Program-made: the position numbers and the translations under genes
Assembly (NCBI RefSeq): GCF_058153355.1
Contig: NZ_CM177019.1
Direction: 5' to 3' (one strand)
DNA length: 64,000 nucleotides
Notes under the pieces: model-generated
The model's database searches: none
What the model was told of the DNA's origin: nothing
The model's input: only the letters and a program-made list of their open reading frames with translations
In this document: positions 26,014 through 33,319 of the stretch, one piece after another
How the letters are laid out: the number at the start of each line of letters is the position of its first letter
How positions within the stretch are numbered: the stretch's first letter is position 1

Positions 26014-27942
26014 TCAGCGCTCATCACTGGTCACTCCAAAATTTTCAAGCTTGTTGGCAATCATCATTGCGATGTCAGGGATTGCAGGCGCATAGGCTAT
26101 GCACGCAGGATTCGCACATAAACCGTAAACCGCCGCAATCAACACCTGTTTTTTCCAGTTGAGTTCATCTTCGCCAGTTTCATTATTGCTATCATTATGC
26201 TGATCGCTGCCAGCGTTCTCCGGTAACAAATCATCAGCTTTTTCCGTTTTCTTCGGCTCTTCTTCCTGTGCTTCATCTGGTTTTTTTTCGTCAAAAGTTT
26301 CCTGATAAGTTGCGTCTCCCATCACCGCGCCACAGTCAGGGCAGTTATCCTCGCCAGTCTGATTGCAGGGTGTTCCCTCCTCCGGTTCGCTGTTCTGGTG
26401 CTGTTTATCTTCAGTCTGTCGCACTTCATTTTCCGTTTTTTTGACTTCATTTGAGGAGATATGATGACCGGGAATCCATTTCGAATCATTCGGGTCGCTA
26501 ATCCCTTCAACAAATTCTCCGCGAGAGGCAGCCAGTAATTTGTCTGCATCGACAGGATTTTTGGGCGGAATGTTTTTCCGGGCTTCATGGAGTTCTGCCC
26601 GTAGTTCCTGATATTTCTCATCAACAGAATTTACCTGTGACTGAGCATCCAGCGGCTGCGTGTTCTGATGATGTTCAGTTGCATCCGGTTCCATTGTTTC
26701 AGCTGTTGCCTGTTCATCTGCCATTGCGCCAGATGGCTGCGGTTTTTCTTCATCATCCTGTTTTCCTTCTTCTGTTACACGTTGCGGCATCGGGGCAGAG
26801 GAGCGACCGCAGGCAATATCCACGATTTCCGGATCAGGGTTGGCATGATCGGTTTCAGTCAGTACCTTGTTCAGATATTCAGTGACGTGCGTGGGGATGA
26901 CCTCGATACCAATCGGTGCTTCTTTCACTGACGCAACCACGATGGCGCGGGAATAATCCAGCCCGCCAGGCATGGTGATGAATTTGTCGCGGAAAACAGA
27001 AAAGGGCGGTTTATTTTCAGCGATAATTTCCTCAATGCGTTTAGCGTGTGCCGGATGAAGGTTATAAATGTCCACGTCCATTGAACGAGCCAGTACGCCA
27101 GTGGCTACGTCGCGCGCCAGTGACGTCAGATCGTGAACGAAACCTTCGCCGCGATCGGTGAGGTTCCCGCCGCCAGCATTAGCACCGGAAGCCGTGCGCG
27201 TGATGCGTGAAACACGATTTCCTTTCATCCACTCTTTTGTCAGCAGACCGCGATCGGTGTAGTTGGCATCCCGATATGCTTCGAAAAAAGCAGTCATCAG
27301 TCCCAGATTTGAATTGCCAGGATTAGGGAAAACTTTGTCAGTATCACGCACGAGTTTGTGGAGATCGCGAATTTCCAGCGGGGCGAGCAGGCTGGTTTTA
27401 TGCGAAACAGCCAGGGCAGTAACAGCTGGTAGTTCCTCAGCCCGTGCAATGTGTAATGCCTGGAGTTCGTCGCGTGAAACGTGCGTTACCGGTTTTTCGC
27501 TGCCGTGTTGAGCAAGCCAGCGAATGGGCAGCTCCTGACCAGAAATCGGGAGTAGCATATTCTCCTCAATCTCCGTCATGTCTTCGCCATTAACATTGGT
27601 ATTGTCAGTGCTGGCTGGTTTGTCCTGCGCAGAGGGTGAGGGCGCGATAAATACCATTGTGATGCCATCTTCCCCGCCTTTTTCGTAACGGTTGCAGAAT
27701 TCCGTATCAAACACGCCTTCTGGGGGGAGGTCATCAACAACGGGCAAATTGACGCGAACAGGTTTTTTAAAGTCATCTTCATCGTAGCCTGCATCGTCAA
27801 TCGCAACAGCACCACGGGAGATGGCAATGGATAATTTTTTCGCTTCAGCCCAGTAAAAACCGCCTTTAATACCGAGGCGTTTTCTTACTTTGTCATTTTT
27901 TGCTTCGTAATACAGTGGGTAAACTTGTTTATCGGTGCTCAT
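26014..27942 (-). CDS. large hypothetical early protein with acidic, Cys-containing C-terminal region
   Basis: 642-aa ORF. The C-terminal roughly 230 aa are rich in E/D/Q and contain [13 protein letters not shown]. The stop codon lies immediately at the IS boundary. Confidence 0.6.
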   Translation of the reverse strand: MSTDKQVYPLYYEAKNDKVRKRLGIKGGFYWAEAKKLSIAISRGAVAIDDAGYDEDDFKKPVRVNLPVVDDLPPEGVFDTEFCNRYEKGGEDGITMVFIAPSPSAQDKPASTDNTNVNGEDMTEIEENMLLPISGQELPIRWLAQHGSEKPVTHVSRDELQALHIARAEELPAVTALAVSHKTSLLAPLEIRDLHKLVRDTDKVFPNPGNSNLGLMTAFFEAYRDANYTDRGLLTKEWMKGNRVSRITRTASGANAGGGNLTDRGEGFVHDLTSLARDVATGVLARSMDVDIYNLHPAHAKRIEEIIAENKPPFSVFRDKFITMPGGLDYSRAIVVASVKEAPIGIEVIPTHVTEYLNKVLTETDHANPDPEIVDIACGRSSAPMPQRVTEEGKQDDEEKPQPSGAMADEQATAETMEPDATEHHQNTQPLDAQSQVNSVDEKYQELRAELHEARKNIPPKNPVDADKLLAASRGEFVEGISDPNDSKWIPGHHISSNEVKKTENEVRQTEDKQHQNSEPEEGTPCNQTGEDNCPDCGAVMGDATYQETFDEKKPDEAQEEEPKKTEKADDLLPENAGSDQHNDSNNETGEDELNWKKQVLIAAVYGLCANPACIAYAPAIPDIAMMIANKLENFGVTSDER

Positions 27943-27965
27943 TGTTTTTTAACCTCAACTCATAT

Positions 27966-28262
27966 TCAGATTGCATAAAAGAAACGAACTGATGATGCGA
28001 TATGATAGAGTTCTTTCAGTCGTTGATAACTGATACCGTATTTCTTGTCAGCCTCTTCAATGCGAGCTGTGAGTAATGCAATTTCTTTAATGGCACATAC
28101 ACAACAATCAAATGTTCCCAGGACGTAACCGCCATCAATAATTACCGTGACGTTTTCTTTTTGGGAAATCTGAATGAAACTATGTAATGTATTCCCACAT
28201 TTAAATTCGGCGAGAGAATCGTTAATAACATCAAGTTCAATTTCACATTCAATAATGCTCAT
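27966..28262 (-). CDS. hypothetical protein
   Basis: 98 aa from MSIIECEIELD with an aaggaaa SD; low GC. Confidence 0.5.
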   Translation of the reverse strand: MSIIECEIELDVINDSLAEFKCGNTLHSFIQISQKENVTVIIDGGYVLGTFDCCVCAIKEIALLTARIEEADKKYGISYQRLKELYHIASSVRFFYAI

Positions 28263-28336
28263 TGCTGTTTCCTTTTTTAAGGTTGAGCGAATCCCTGCCA
28301 TTGCTGGCATAAATTCAGTTTCGAATAGTCAGTTAA

Positions 28337-28624
28337 TTAAAGTTCGTGTGCCATCTGGTCTTTTTCGGCACAAGCTTCACTGCAATATTTCCGTTCCTTT
28401 CTGGCAATCATGTTTCCATGCATATAAATAAGCTCGCCAGTAAAAGCTTTTTCAGGTAAAAACTGTTTATTGCAGAGATGGTAATCACATTGTATTAAAT
28501 CCGGGTCACCTTTTTGCTGGAGAATTTTTCTGATTCTCCACAGCCATTTTTTAATCCCGGTATGACTGATGGTCTGCCTGAGGGCAGGTGTAAAACAATA
28601 ATCAAGCATGGGGTTCATATCCAT
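28337..28624 (-). CDS. hypothetical Cys-rich small protein
   Basis: 95 aa containing CDYHLC ... YCSEAC pairs; low GC. Confidence 0.45.
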   Translation of the reverse strand: MDMNPMLDYCFTPALRQTISHTGIKKWLWRIRKILQQKGDPDLIQCDYHLCNKQFLPEKAFTGELIYMHGNMIARKERKYCSEACAEKDQMAHEL

Positions 28625-28634
28625 AGCTCCATTT

Positions 28635-29189
28635 TTATTTTAAGGAAAGCAACTGCTCTACGGTCATGTTTTTAATTGCGCCCCGGTTTACAAGAGTCCA
28701 GCCCTGTTTTTCCAGATAAAACCGGAAAGTCTCCAGGGTACAGACCAGTGCGCCATCAGGAACAGTTTCGGTGAATCTGATATTGCCGCGTTCGTCGAAG
28801 TGAACTACGAGAGTACGGCCATCTCCCGGAATCATCTTGTCAGCAGGTGGGGTGTTATTCTGGCGCAGTTCGGCCTCCATGCGGTCGAACTCAGCAATGT
28901 AGGCTTCTTTGAATGCAGCGGCTTTTTTGCCAGTGAATCCCATCACCAGGAAAACGAAGCCGTTTTTGGTGATCTGGTACATTGGGCGTTTTTCGCCTTT
29001 GGCGTCAGTGTAGGTGACGTCCTCAAAATTGAGGGCGTTAAATTCAGGTGAGCATTCAGTATTTGCGATGGCACGTAACACATTGTCGTGTCGTTTGTGG
29101 AAGAACTCTGCAACCGCAACAGACGTAGTGACAGCGCGACCGTTTTCTACGGTTACACTAGGGTGAGAAAGGGTAAGGGTAGTAGCCAT
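28635..29189 (-). CDS. Rha-family phage regulatory protein / antirepressor
   Basis: 184 aa from MATTLTLSHPSV (ggagg SD at 29198..29202). Rha-like core RAVTTSVAVAEFFHKRHDNVLRAI...YTDAKGEKRPMYQITKNGFVFLVMGFTG. Confidence 0.7.
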   Translation of the reverse strand: MATTLTLSHPSVTVENGRAVTTSVAVAEFFHKRHDNVLRAIANTECSPEFNALNFEDVTYTDAKGEKRPMYQITKNGFVFLVMGFTGKKAAAFKEAYIAEFDRMEAELRQNNTPPADKMIPGDGRTLVVHFDERGNIRFTETVPDGALVCTLETFRFYLEKQGWTLVNRGAIKNMTVEQLLSLK

Positions 29190-29245
29190 GATGGCAGCCT
29201 CCGCGATGAATTTGATTAACTCACCACCGGAGGTAGCAATCTCAT

Positions 29246-29325
29246 GGGGGGTGAGACGTACAGGGTTGCTACAACCGGTCATCACGGAACCCGGCCAGTC
29301 TTGCGACTGCCCCGCACGCCCCACC
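29246..29325 (-). ncRNA. c4-like antisense RNA, copy B
   Basis: On the minus strand, a 16-bp closing stem whose 4 G-U pairs are valid only on this strand. Inside it are a cagtc-GCAA-gactg hairpin, a ccgg-stem hairpin with loop gttccgtgatga, and a single-stranded tgtagcaa. The architecture is shared with copy A. Confidence 0.6.
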
Positions 29326-29355
29326 ATAATTTGAATGTGGCTGTGCATTACGCAT

Positions 29356-29432
29356 AAAAAAACCGCCTGAGCGCGGTTATGCGCCGTGAATGACTTCGGG
29401 GTAGCAATCCCAGCACCCGTTTTATGAGGTGC
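29356..29432 (-). ncRNA. short leader RNA carrying c4-target-like sites (module B)
   Basis: Lies downstream of the promoter at 29439..29467. Has the hairpin gcacct-cataaaac-gggtgc, sites ttgctac and tcattcacgg, and the terminator aaccgc-gctcag-gcggtt plus a U-run. Confidence 0.45.
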
Positions 29433-29438
29433 AGATGC

Positions 29439-29467
29439 ACTATAATTCCACCCGTTCTGGTTTTCAA
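29439..29467 (-). promoter_or_regulatory. sigma70-type promoter of antirepressor module B
   Basis: TTGAAA - 17 nt - TATAGT on the minus strand. Confidence 0.5.
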
Positions 29468-29650
29468 TAGCTACATTCAACATTTTCTCTTACCTTTCAT
29501 CACCGAAGTGAACTTTGTCGATGCGGTGCCTGGTGCCTCCAGGTGACGTTAACCAGTTAACAATTAACGCCGGAATAAGGGATTTTCCTTACTGTTTTAA
29601 CTGTTCCGCGTGCGCATAGCCGCATTCACCGCATCACAAAATTCACTTTA

Positions 29651-29700
29651 AAAAGAGCGGCAGAGCAAAACTGATGCCGCCAAAAGTTTCATCGCCAACA
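29651..29700 (-). ncRNA. dicF: DicF-like small RNA (shortened variant)
   Basis: The minus strand reads ...cttttggcggcatcagttttgctctgccgctcttttt. It shares TTTGGCGGyATCAGTTTT and the GCTCTGCCGC-U-run 3' end with remembered K-12 DicF but lacks about 11 internal nt. It lies downstream of ydfABC-like genes, as in the Qin prophage. Confidence 0.5.
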
Positions 29701-29937
29701 ACTCAATCTGGAGATGTTGTGGCGTGGTTGTCACTTAAGCGTATGGTCAACCTGACAACCCGGTGTCCTCAACGGGGAAGGAATAACTCCGCCATACTTA
29801 CCGCCGCGTCATTTCGCGTTGTGTGCCTGCTTTTAACCACGTCAGGCGAGGTGGTTCCTGTTATTCCTCAACAACAAGAAATTTGTATAATCTGAATACC
29901 CCAACAATAAGAAGAGTGAGCAAGTGATGTATTAGCG

Positions 29938-30384
29938 ATGTCAGCTCTCAAAGAGACTGCATCAATGTTAAAATTATTCAATGAAGCAAAAACTCAGGCT
30001 GAGGTTGATCGCGCTGTGTCTGAAATAAACTCTAAGTTGTCAGGCATTCAGCTTGAATATTTGTCTCTCATTGATGAGCTGACAATCTCTAAAAGCAATG
30101 AGGCTGCGCTCAAAGCAAAACTCACGGAGATAGAAAAGCTTAAGTTCCAAAGTGAAGACTGCGAACCTCGCCAATTGATTACTGGAACGATTGTGTATGC
30201 CAGACAGTGCAATACTAGCTCTGGCAAGATTACCATGTATTTTTGTCCAGAATGTTTTGCGAAGAGAGCAATATCTATATTGCAACCTTTCCCTATCGAG
30301 GAAGGCGATAAATATACGAAAACTCAATGTCCCTCCTGTAAAAATGAGTATCTCATGGACTACAATTTCAATAATGATTTTTGA
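29938..30384 (+). CDS. hypothetical coiled-coil / zinc-ribbon protein (moron-like accessory gene)
   Basis: 148 aa. The N-terminal half is heptad-like; the C-terminal half has CPECF...CPSCKNEY. It has its own extended -10 (tgtataat at 29885..29892), low GC, and is oriented against the early-left operon. Confidence 0.6.
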   Translation: MSALKETASMLKLFNEAKTQAEVDRAVSEINSKLSGIQLEYLSLIDELTISKSNEAALKAKLTEIEKLKFQSEDCEPRQLITGTIVYARQCNTSSGKITMYFCPECFAKRAISILQPFPIEEGDKYTKTQCPSCKNEYLMDYNFNNDF

Positions 30385-30502
30385 GTCAAGGTATTCAGAT
30401 TTTTAAAGAACATGCCGGATACTCACCCGTGTCCGGCGCACGCACTCCACCTCACCCGTGGAGAACTCCTTAATTACCAACCTTGGCTTCGTTGGTTAGC
30501 CA

Positions 30503-30721
30503 TTAACGCTGGTATGTAATCATTCTGGCAATGCTTAATGCCGCTGCTTTTTCCAGCCTGGTGATATCCTGCTCCTGAGCGGACAGATTTTCGGCCTCCT
30601 TAGCCCGGGCTTCATTGGCCCACTTCAGGTCCTGCGCAGCCTGAATTTTCTGGTGCATCCACTCATAAAGTTCATCATCGGTATAGTCTGGCGCGATGAT
30701 GACGGGGTCACGTTTCTGCAT
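30503..30721 (-). CDS. YdfC-like small protein
   Basis: 72 aa, third gene of a ydfA/B/C-like trio downstream of the PL-like promoter. Confidence 0.55.
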   Translation of the reverse strand: MQKRDPVIIAPDYTDDELYEWMHQKIQAAQDLKWANEARAKEAENLSAQEQDITRLEKAAALSIARMITYQR

Positions 30722-30750
30722 ACCGATTCCTCGCAGTGCTGTTTCGCTTA

Positions 30751-30867
30751 TCAGCCGTTAGATTTTGCCGAACTGGAAAGCGCCTGTTTAAACTCACTGA
30801 AGCTGAGAGCTTCTTCGCCTTCGAAGTATTCTTCGTAAGCCTTTTTCATGATTGTGTCGAAATCCAT
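30751..30867 (-). CDS. YdfB-like small protein (38 aa, below the track cutoff)
   Basis: Manual translation MDFDTIMKKAYEEYFEGEEALSFSEFKQALSSSAKSNG; tightly packed between neighbours. Confidence 0.45.
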   Translation of the reverse strand: MDFDTIMKKAYEEYFEGEEALSFSEFKQALSSSAKSNG

Positions 30868-30868
30868 A

Positions 30869-31024
30869 TCACTCACCTGAGTTTCTTTCCAGCCAGCGAC
30901 GGGCACCATTTTCGGTTTTAAACGTTTTGCTTTTGGTATACGTCATCGCGGTGAACGTGCCGTCCTGGTTGGGAAACACGCCACATACCAGAGATTCGTT
31001 GTTGCCAAGATCGATAGTATCCAT
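30869..31024 (-). CDS. YdfA-like (DUF1391) small protein (51 aa, below the track cutoff)
   Basis: Manual translation MDTIDLGNNESLVCGVFPNQDGTFTAMTYTKSKTFKTENGARRWLERNSGE; gaaatgagg SD. Confidence 0.55.
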   Translation of the reverse strand: MDTIDLGNNESLVCGVFPNQDGTFTAMTYTKSKTFKTENGARRWLERNSGE

Positions 31025-31096
31025 GTTGACCTCATTTCCCCTTAACGCCGGGTGGCGGAACTAAAACCTGTCGCACCGTTGTGCTTTGATGGTTGC

Positions 31097-31137
31097 ATAA
31101 TACAATGAAAAGTAGACATGTCAATACCAAAAGTAGA
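31097..31137 (-). promoter_or_regulatory. PL-like early-left promoter with repeated operator half-sites
   Basis: On the minus strand, TTGACA (31119..31124) - 16 nt - TATTAT (31097..31102). The motif tctactttt occurs twice (complement of 31107..31116 and 31128..31137) and again in the PR region. Confidence 0.5.
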
Positions 31138-31178
31138 GTTAATGGTGGTTGATTCTACAATTAGTTGTTTTTTTAAGG

Positions 31179-31203
31179 CAAAAAAAACCCGGCTGTGCCG
31201 GGG
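31179..31203 (-). terminator. terminator after the repressor gene
   Basis: On the minus strand, cccggc-aca-gccggg followed by tttttttt. Confidence 0.75.
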
Positions 31204-31226
31204 TGGTTGTTATGCGAGAGGTAAAT

Positions 31227-31733
31227 TTATTCTGAAGGTGGGTTGCTTGCGTACTTCTCGTAGAAGTCGTAAAGCTGCTTGAGTCGCATTTCGAAAGCCA
31301 AAAGCATGTTTTTGGCCTCAACTGGAGGAAACTGTCGAAAAGTATTAATCAGGCGTTTTTCATCTTCGCTTAACTCAGTAAATTCATCTGCGCTACTGCC
31401 GATAGATTTTTGCACCCCTAACAAACCTGCAGGGGAAGCAGGAGTCTTCTCTGTTGATGAACCATATTCCAGCCACGCAGGCTCAACACCTAGAAGTTCT
31501 GCTATTCGTTCAAGTTTTTCGTCGCGTGGTTTAGCAGTACCTAACGTATAGCGCCGCGCCATTTCGTAAGTAACACCCGAAGACAAACTTAAGTCTTTGA
31601 TAGATATTTTTTTCCTATCCATTTCAGACTTTAGTCTTGTCGCGAATGCGTGATGTTTATGTGTGTTTTCTACCATGTATAGAAGATTAAAGTAGTTGTC
31701 CTGTTTCGTCATTTCTATTTTACGTAGTTGCAA
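31227..31733 (-). CDS. XRE-family (CI/RacR-like) prophage repressor, no S24 peptidase domain evident
   Basis: 168-aa ORF. HTH segment KKISIKDLSLSSGVTYEMARRYTLGTAKPRDEKLERIAELLGVEPAWL. Divergent from the cro-like gene. Start codon uncertain (M1, M8 or M20). Confidence 0.7.
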   Translation of the reverse strand: MQLRKIEMTKQDNYFNLLYMVENTHKHHAFATRLKSEMDRKKISIKDLSLSSGVTYEMARRYTLGTAKPRDEKLERIAELLGVEPAWLEYGSSTEKTPASPAGLLGVQKSIGSSADEFTELSEDEKRLINTFRQFPPVEAKNMLLAFEMRLKQLYDFYEKYASNPPSE

Positions 31734-31755
31734 ATTCTACTTTGTGTAGTATTAT
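31728..31755 (+). promoter_or_regulatory. PR-like promoter with palindromic operator
   Basis: TTGCAA - 16 nt - TATTAT; the spacer contains ttctactttgtgtagt (ctac...gtag palindrome). Confidence 0.5.
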
Positions 31756-31770
31756 AGTGTTGTTCTTGAA

Positions 31771-32067
31771 ATGGAGTTAACGATGAGTACGACACACAAA
31801 AACATCACAGAAAAGGCGGTTATGGCCATTGGCTCTCCATCTGCTGTAAGCCGCATGTTTGGTTTCAGATCGCCTCAATCCATTTTTAACTGGATTATTC
31901 GAAATAGAGTACCAAGCGAAAGGGTTATTAGGCTTTGTGAATTGGGAGGGTGGGTTGTTACTCCTCATGATCTTCGTCCTGATTTACATCCTACTCCAAT
32001 TAGTGGAATTCCTGAGGATGTTATCAAATCTAAAAAAATAGGGTTGATTCATGAAAATCAGGCATGA
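31771..32067 (+). CDS. Cro-like YdaS-family HTH protein
   Basis: 98 aa. Pattern ...SPSAVSRMFGFRSPQSIFNWI..RVPSERVIRLCELGGWVVTPHDLRPDL typical of the YdaS/Cro family. Confidence 0.7.
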   Translation: MELTMSTTHKNITEKAVMAIGSPSAVSRMFGFRSPQSIFNWIIRNRVPSERVIRLCELGGWVVTPHDLRPDLHPTPISGIPEDVIKSKKIGLIHENQA

Positions 32068-32473
32068 GCACATTGAATCAGTGCTGTTAGCTTTGGCAGC
32101 CGAAAAAGGGCAGGCGTGGGTCGCTAACGCAATTACTGAAGAATATCTGCGCCAGGGGGGCGGCGAATTGCCCCTGGTACAAGGCAAGGACTGGAACAAT
32201 CAGCAGAATATCTATCACCGTTGGTTGAAAGGTGAAACGAAAGCGCAAAGGGAAAAAATTCAGAAACTGATCCCTGCGGTTCTGGCAATTCTTCCTCGCG
32301 AGCTGCGTCACCGACTCTGCATCTTCGATACCCTGGAACGCCGTGCATTACTGGCGGCGCAGGAAGCGTTGAGTACGGCAATTGATGCGCATGATGACGC
32401 AGTCCAGGCCGTTTACCGTAAAGCGCATTTCAGCGGTGGTGGGTCGTCCGACGATTCTGTCGTTGTGCATTGA
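32051..32473 (+). CDS. ydaT: YdaT-like (CII-analogue) protein
   Basis: 140 aa, near-identical to remembered Rac-prophage YdaT (MKI.HEHIESVL.ALAAEKGQAWVANAITEEYLRQGGGELPLV...). Confidence 0.75.
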   Translation: MKIRHEHIESVLLALAAEKGQAWVANAITEEYLRQGGGELPLVQGKDWNNQQNIYHRWLKGETKAQREKIQKLIPAVLAILPRELRHRLCIFDTLERRALLAAQEALSTAIDAHDDAVQAVYRKAHFSGGGSSDDSVVVH

Positions 32474-32563
32474 TGTTTATGCCGAACCTCCTCTGGTTCT
32501 GTTGATTGGGGAATCACAGATTATATCCGGAGGAAGGTTCGGCACCAGACGAGGTTTCTATAT

Positions 32564-33319
32564 ATGAGCATGAAACTAATGGCAAAAGCAATGGAAATTA
32601 AAGTGGGTAATCCATTGCGTAAGCTGGTTCTGATTAAGCTGGCTGATAATGCCAGCGATCAGGGCGAGTGCTGGCCCAGCTACCAGTATATCGCTGACCA
32701 GTGCGAGATTAGCAAGCGTTCTGTGATTAATCATATTGCGGCGCTTTGTGAGTCCGGGCTGGTAAAAAAAATCACCCGGAAAGGTGAAAAAGGTAATACA
32801 AGTAATATCTATCTCCTTCATCTGGATGGTGCAGAAAATTTACCGGGGAATAGTGCAAATAATTCGCTACATTGTGCATCAGATGCATCGGGTAGCGCAG
32901 GAGTTGCATCTGTTGCCAGTGCAGGAGTTGCACCCAGAACCAGTCACTCTTTTGAACCAGTCAATGAACCTGATGTTGGTGGATCTGCTGACGCAGATCC
33001 ACAGGTCAGTCATCGCGCAAAAAACAAAATCGACTGGCAGAGGGTTCTGGACAGCTATCACGAAATCCTGCCTGAAATGCCATCAGTGAAAATTCTGACG
33101 GATACCAGGAAAAAAAATCTGCGGACGTTCTGGCAGAAATTCGGTTTTGACCAGCAGCGATGGGAGTCCTATCTGCGATACGTTGCTGAGAACTGTCGCT
33201 GGATGCTGGAAGATCGTCCCAATGGCAGCGGTGGGTTCTGGAAGCGTAAAAACCTGGATTACCTGATCACCGAACGGTGCTATGTCGCTGTCAAAGAGGC
33301 GCGGGCAAATGACAGATAA
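32564..33319 (+). CDS. replication initiator (O-like, N-terminal wHTH)
   Basis: 251 aa. N-terminal helix-turn-helix KLVLIKLADNASDQGECWPSYQYIADQCEISKRSVINHI. Immediately upstream of the helicase gene. Confidence 0.65.
   Translation: MSMKLMAKAMEIKVGNPLRKLVLIKLADNASDQGECWPSYQYIADQCEISKRSVINHIAALCESGLVKKITRKGEKGNTSNIYLLHLDGAENLPGNSANNSLHCASDASGSAGVASVASAGVAPRTSHSFEPVNEPDVGGSADADPQVSHRAKNKIDWQRVLDSYHEILPEMPSVKILTDTRKKNLRTFWQKFGFDQQRWESYLRYVAENCRWMLEDRPNGSGGFWKRKNLDYLITERCYVAVKEARANDR

Noticed and set aside
25885-26121. 78-aa ORF crossing the right end of the IS1111-like element
   Set aside because: It runs through the predicted structured RNA and across the IS boundary into the antisense of the neighbouring phage gene, so it cannot be a native gene of either.
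29190-29483. 98-codon N-terminal extension of the Rha ORF (track ORF 28635..29483, 282 aa)
   Set aside because: The extension contains a promoter, a rho-independent terminator and the c4-like structured RNA. The internal ATG at 29189 has a strong ggagg SD, and the Rha homology starts there.
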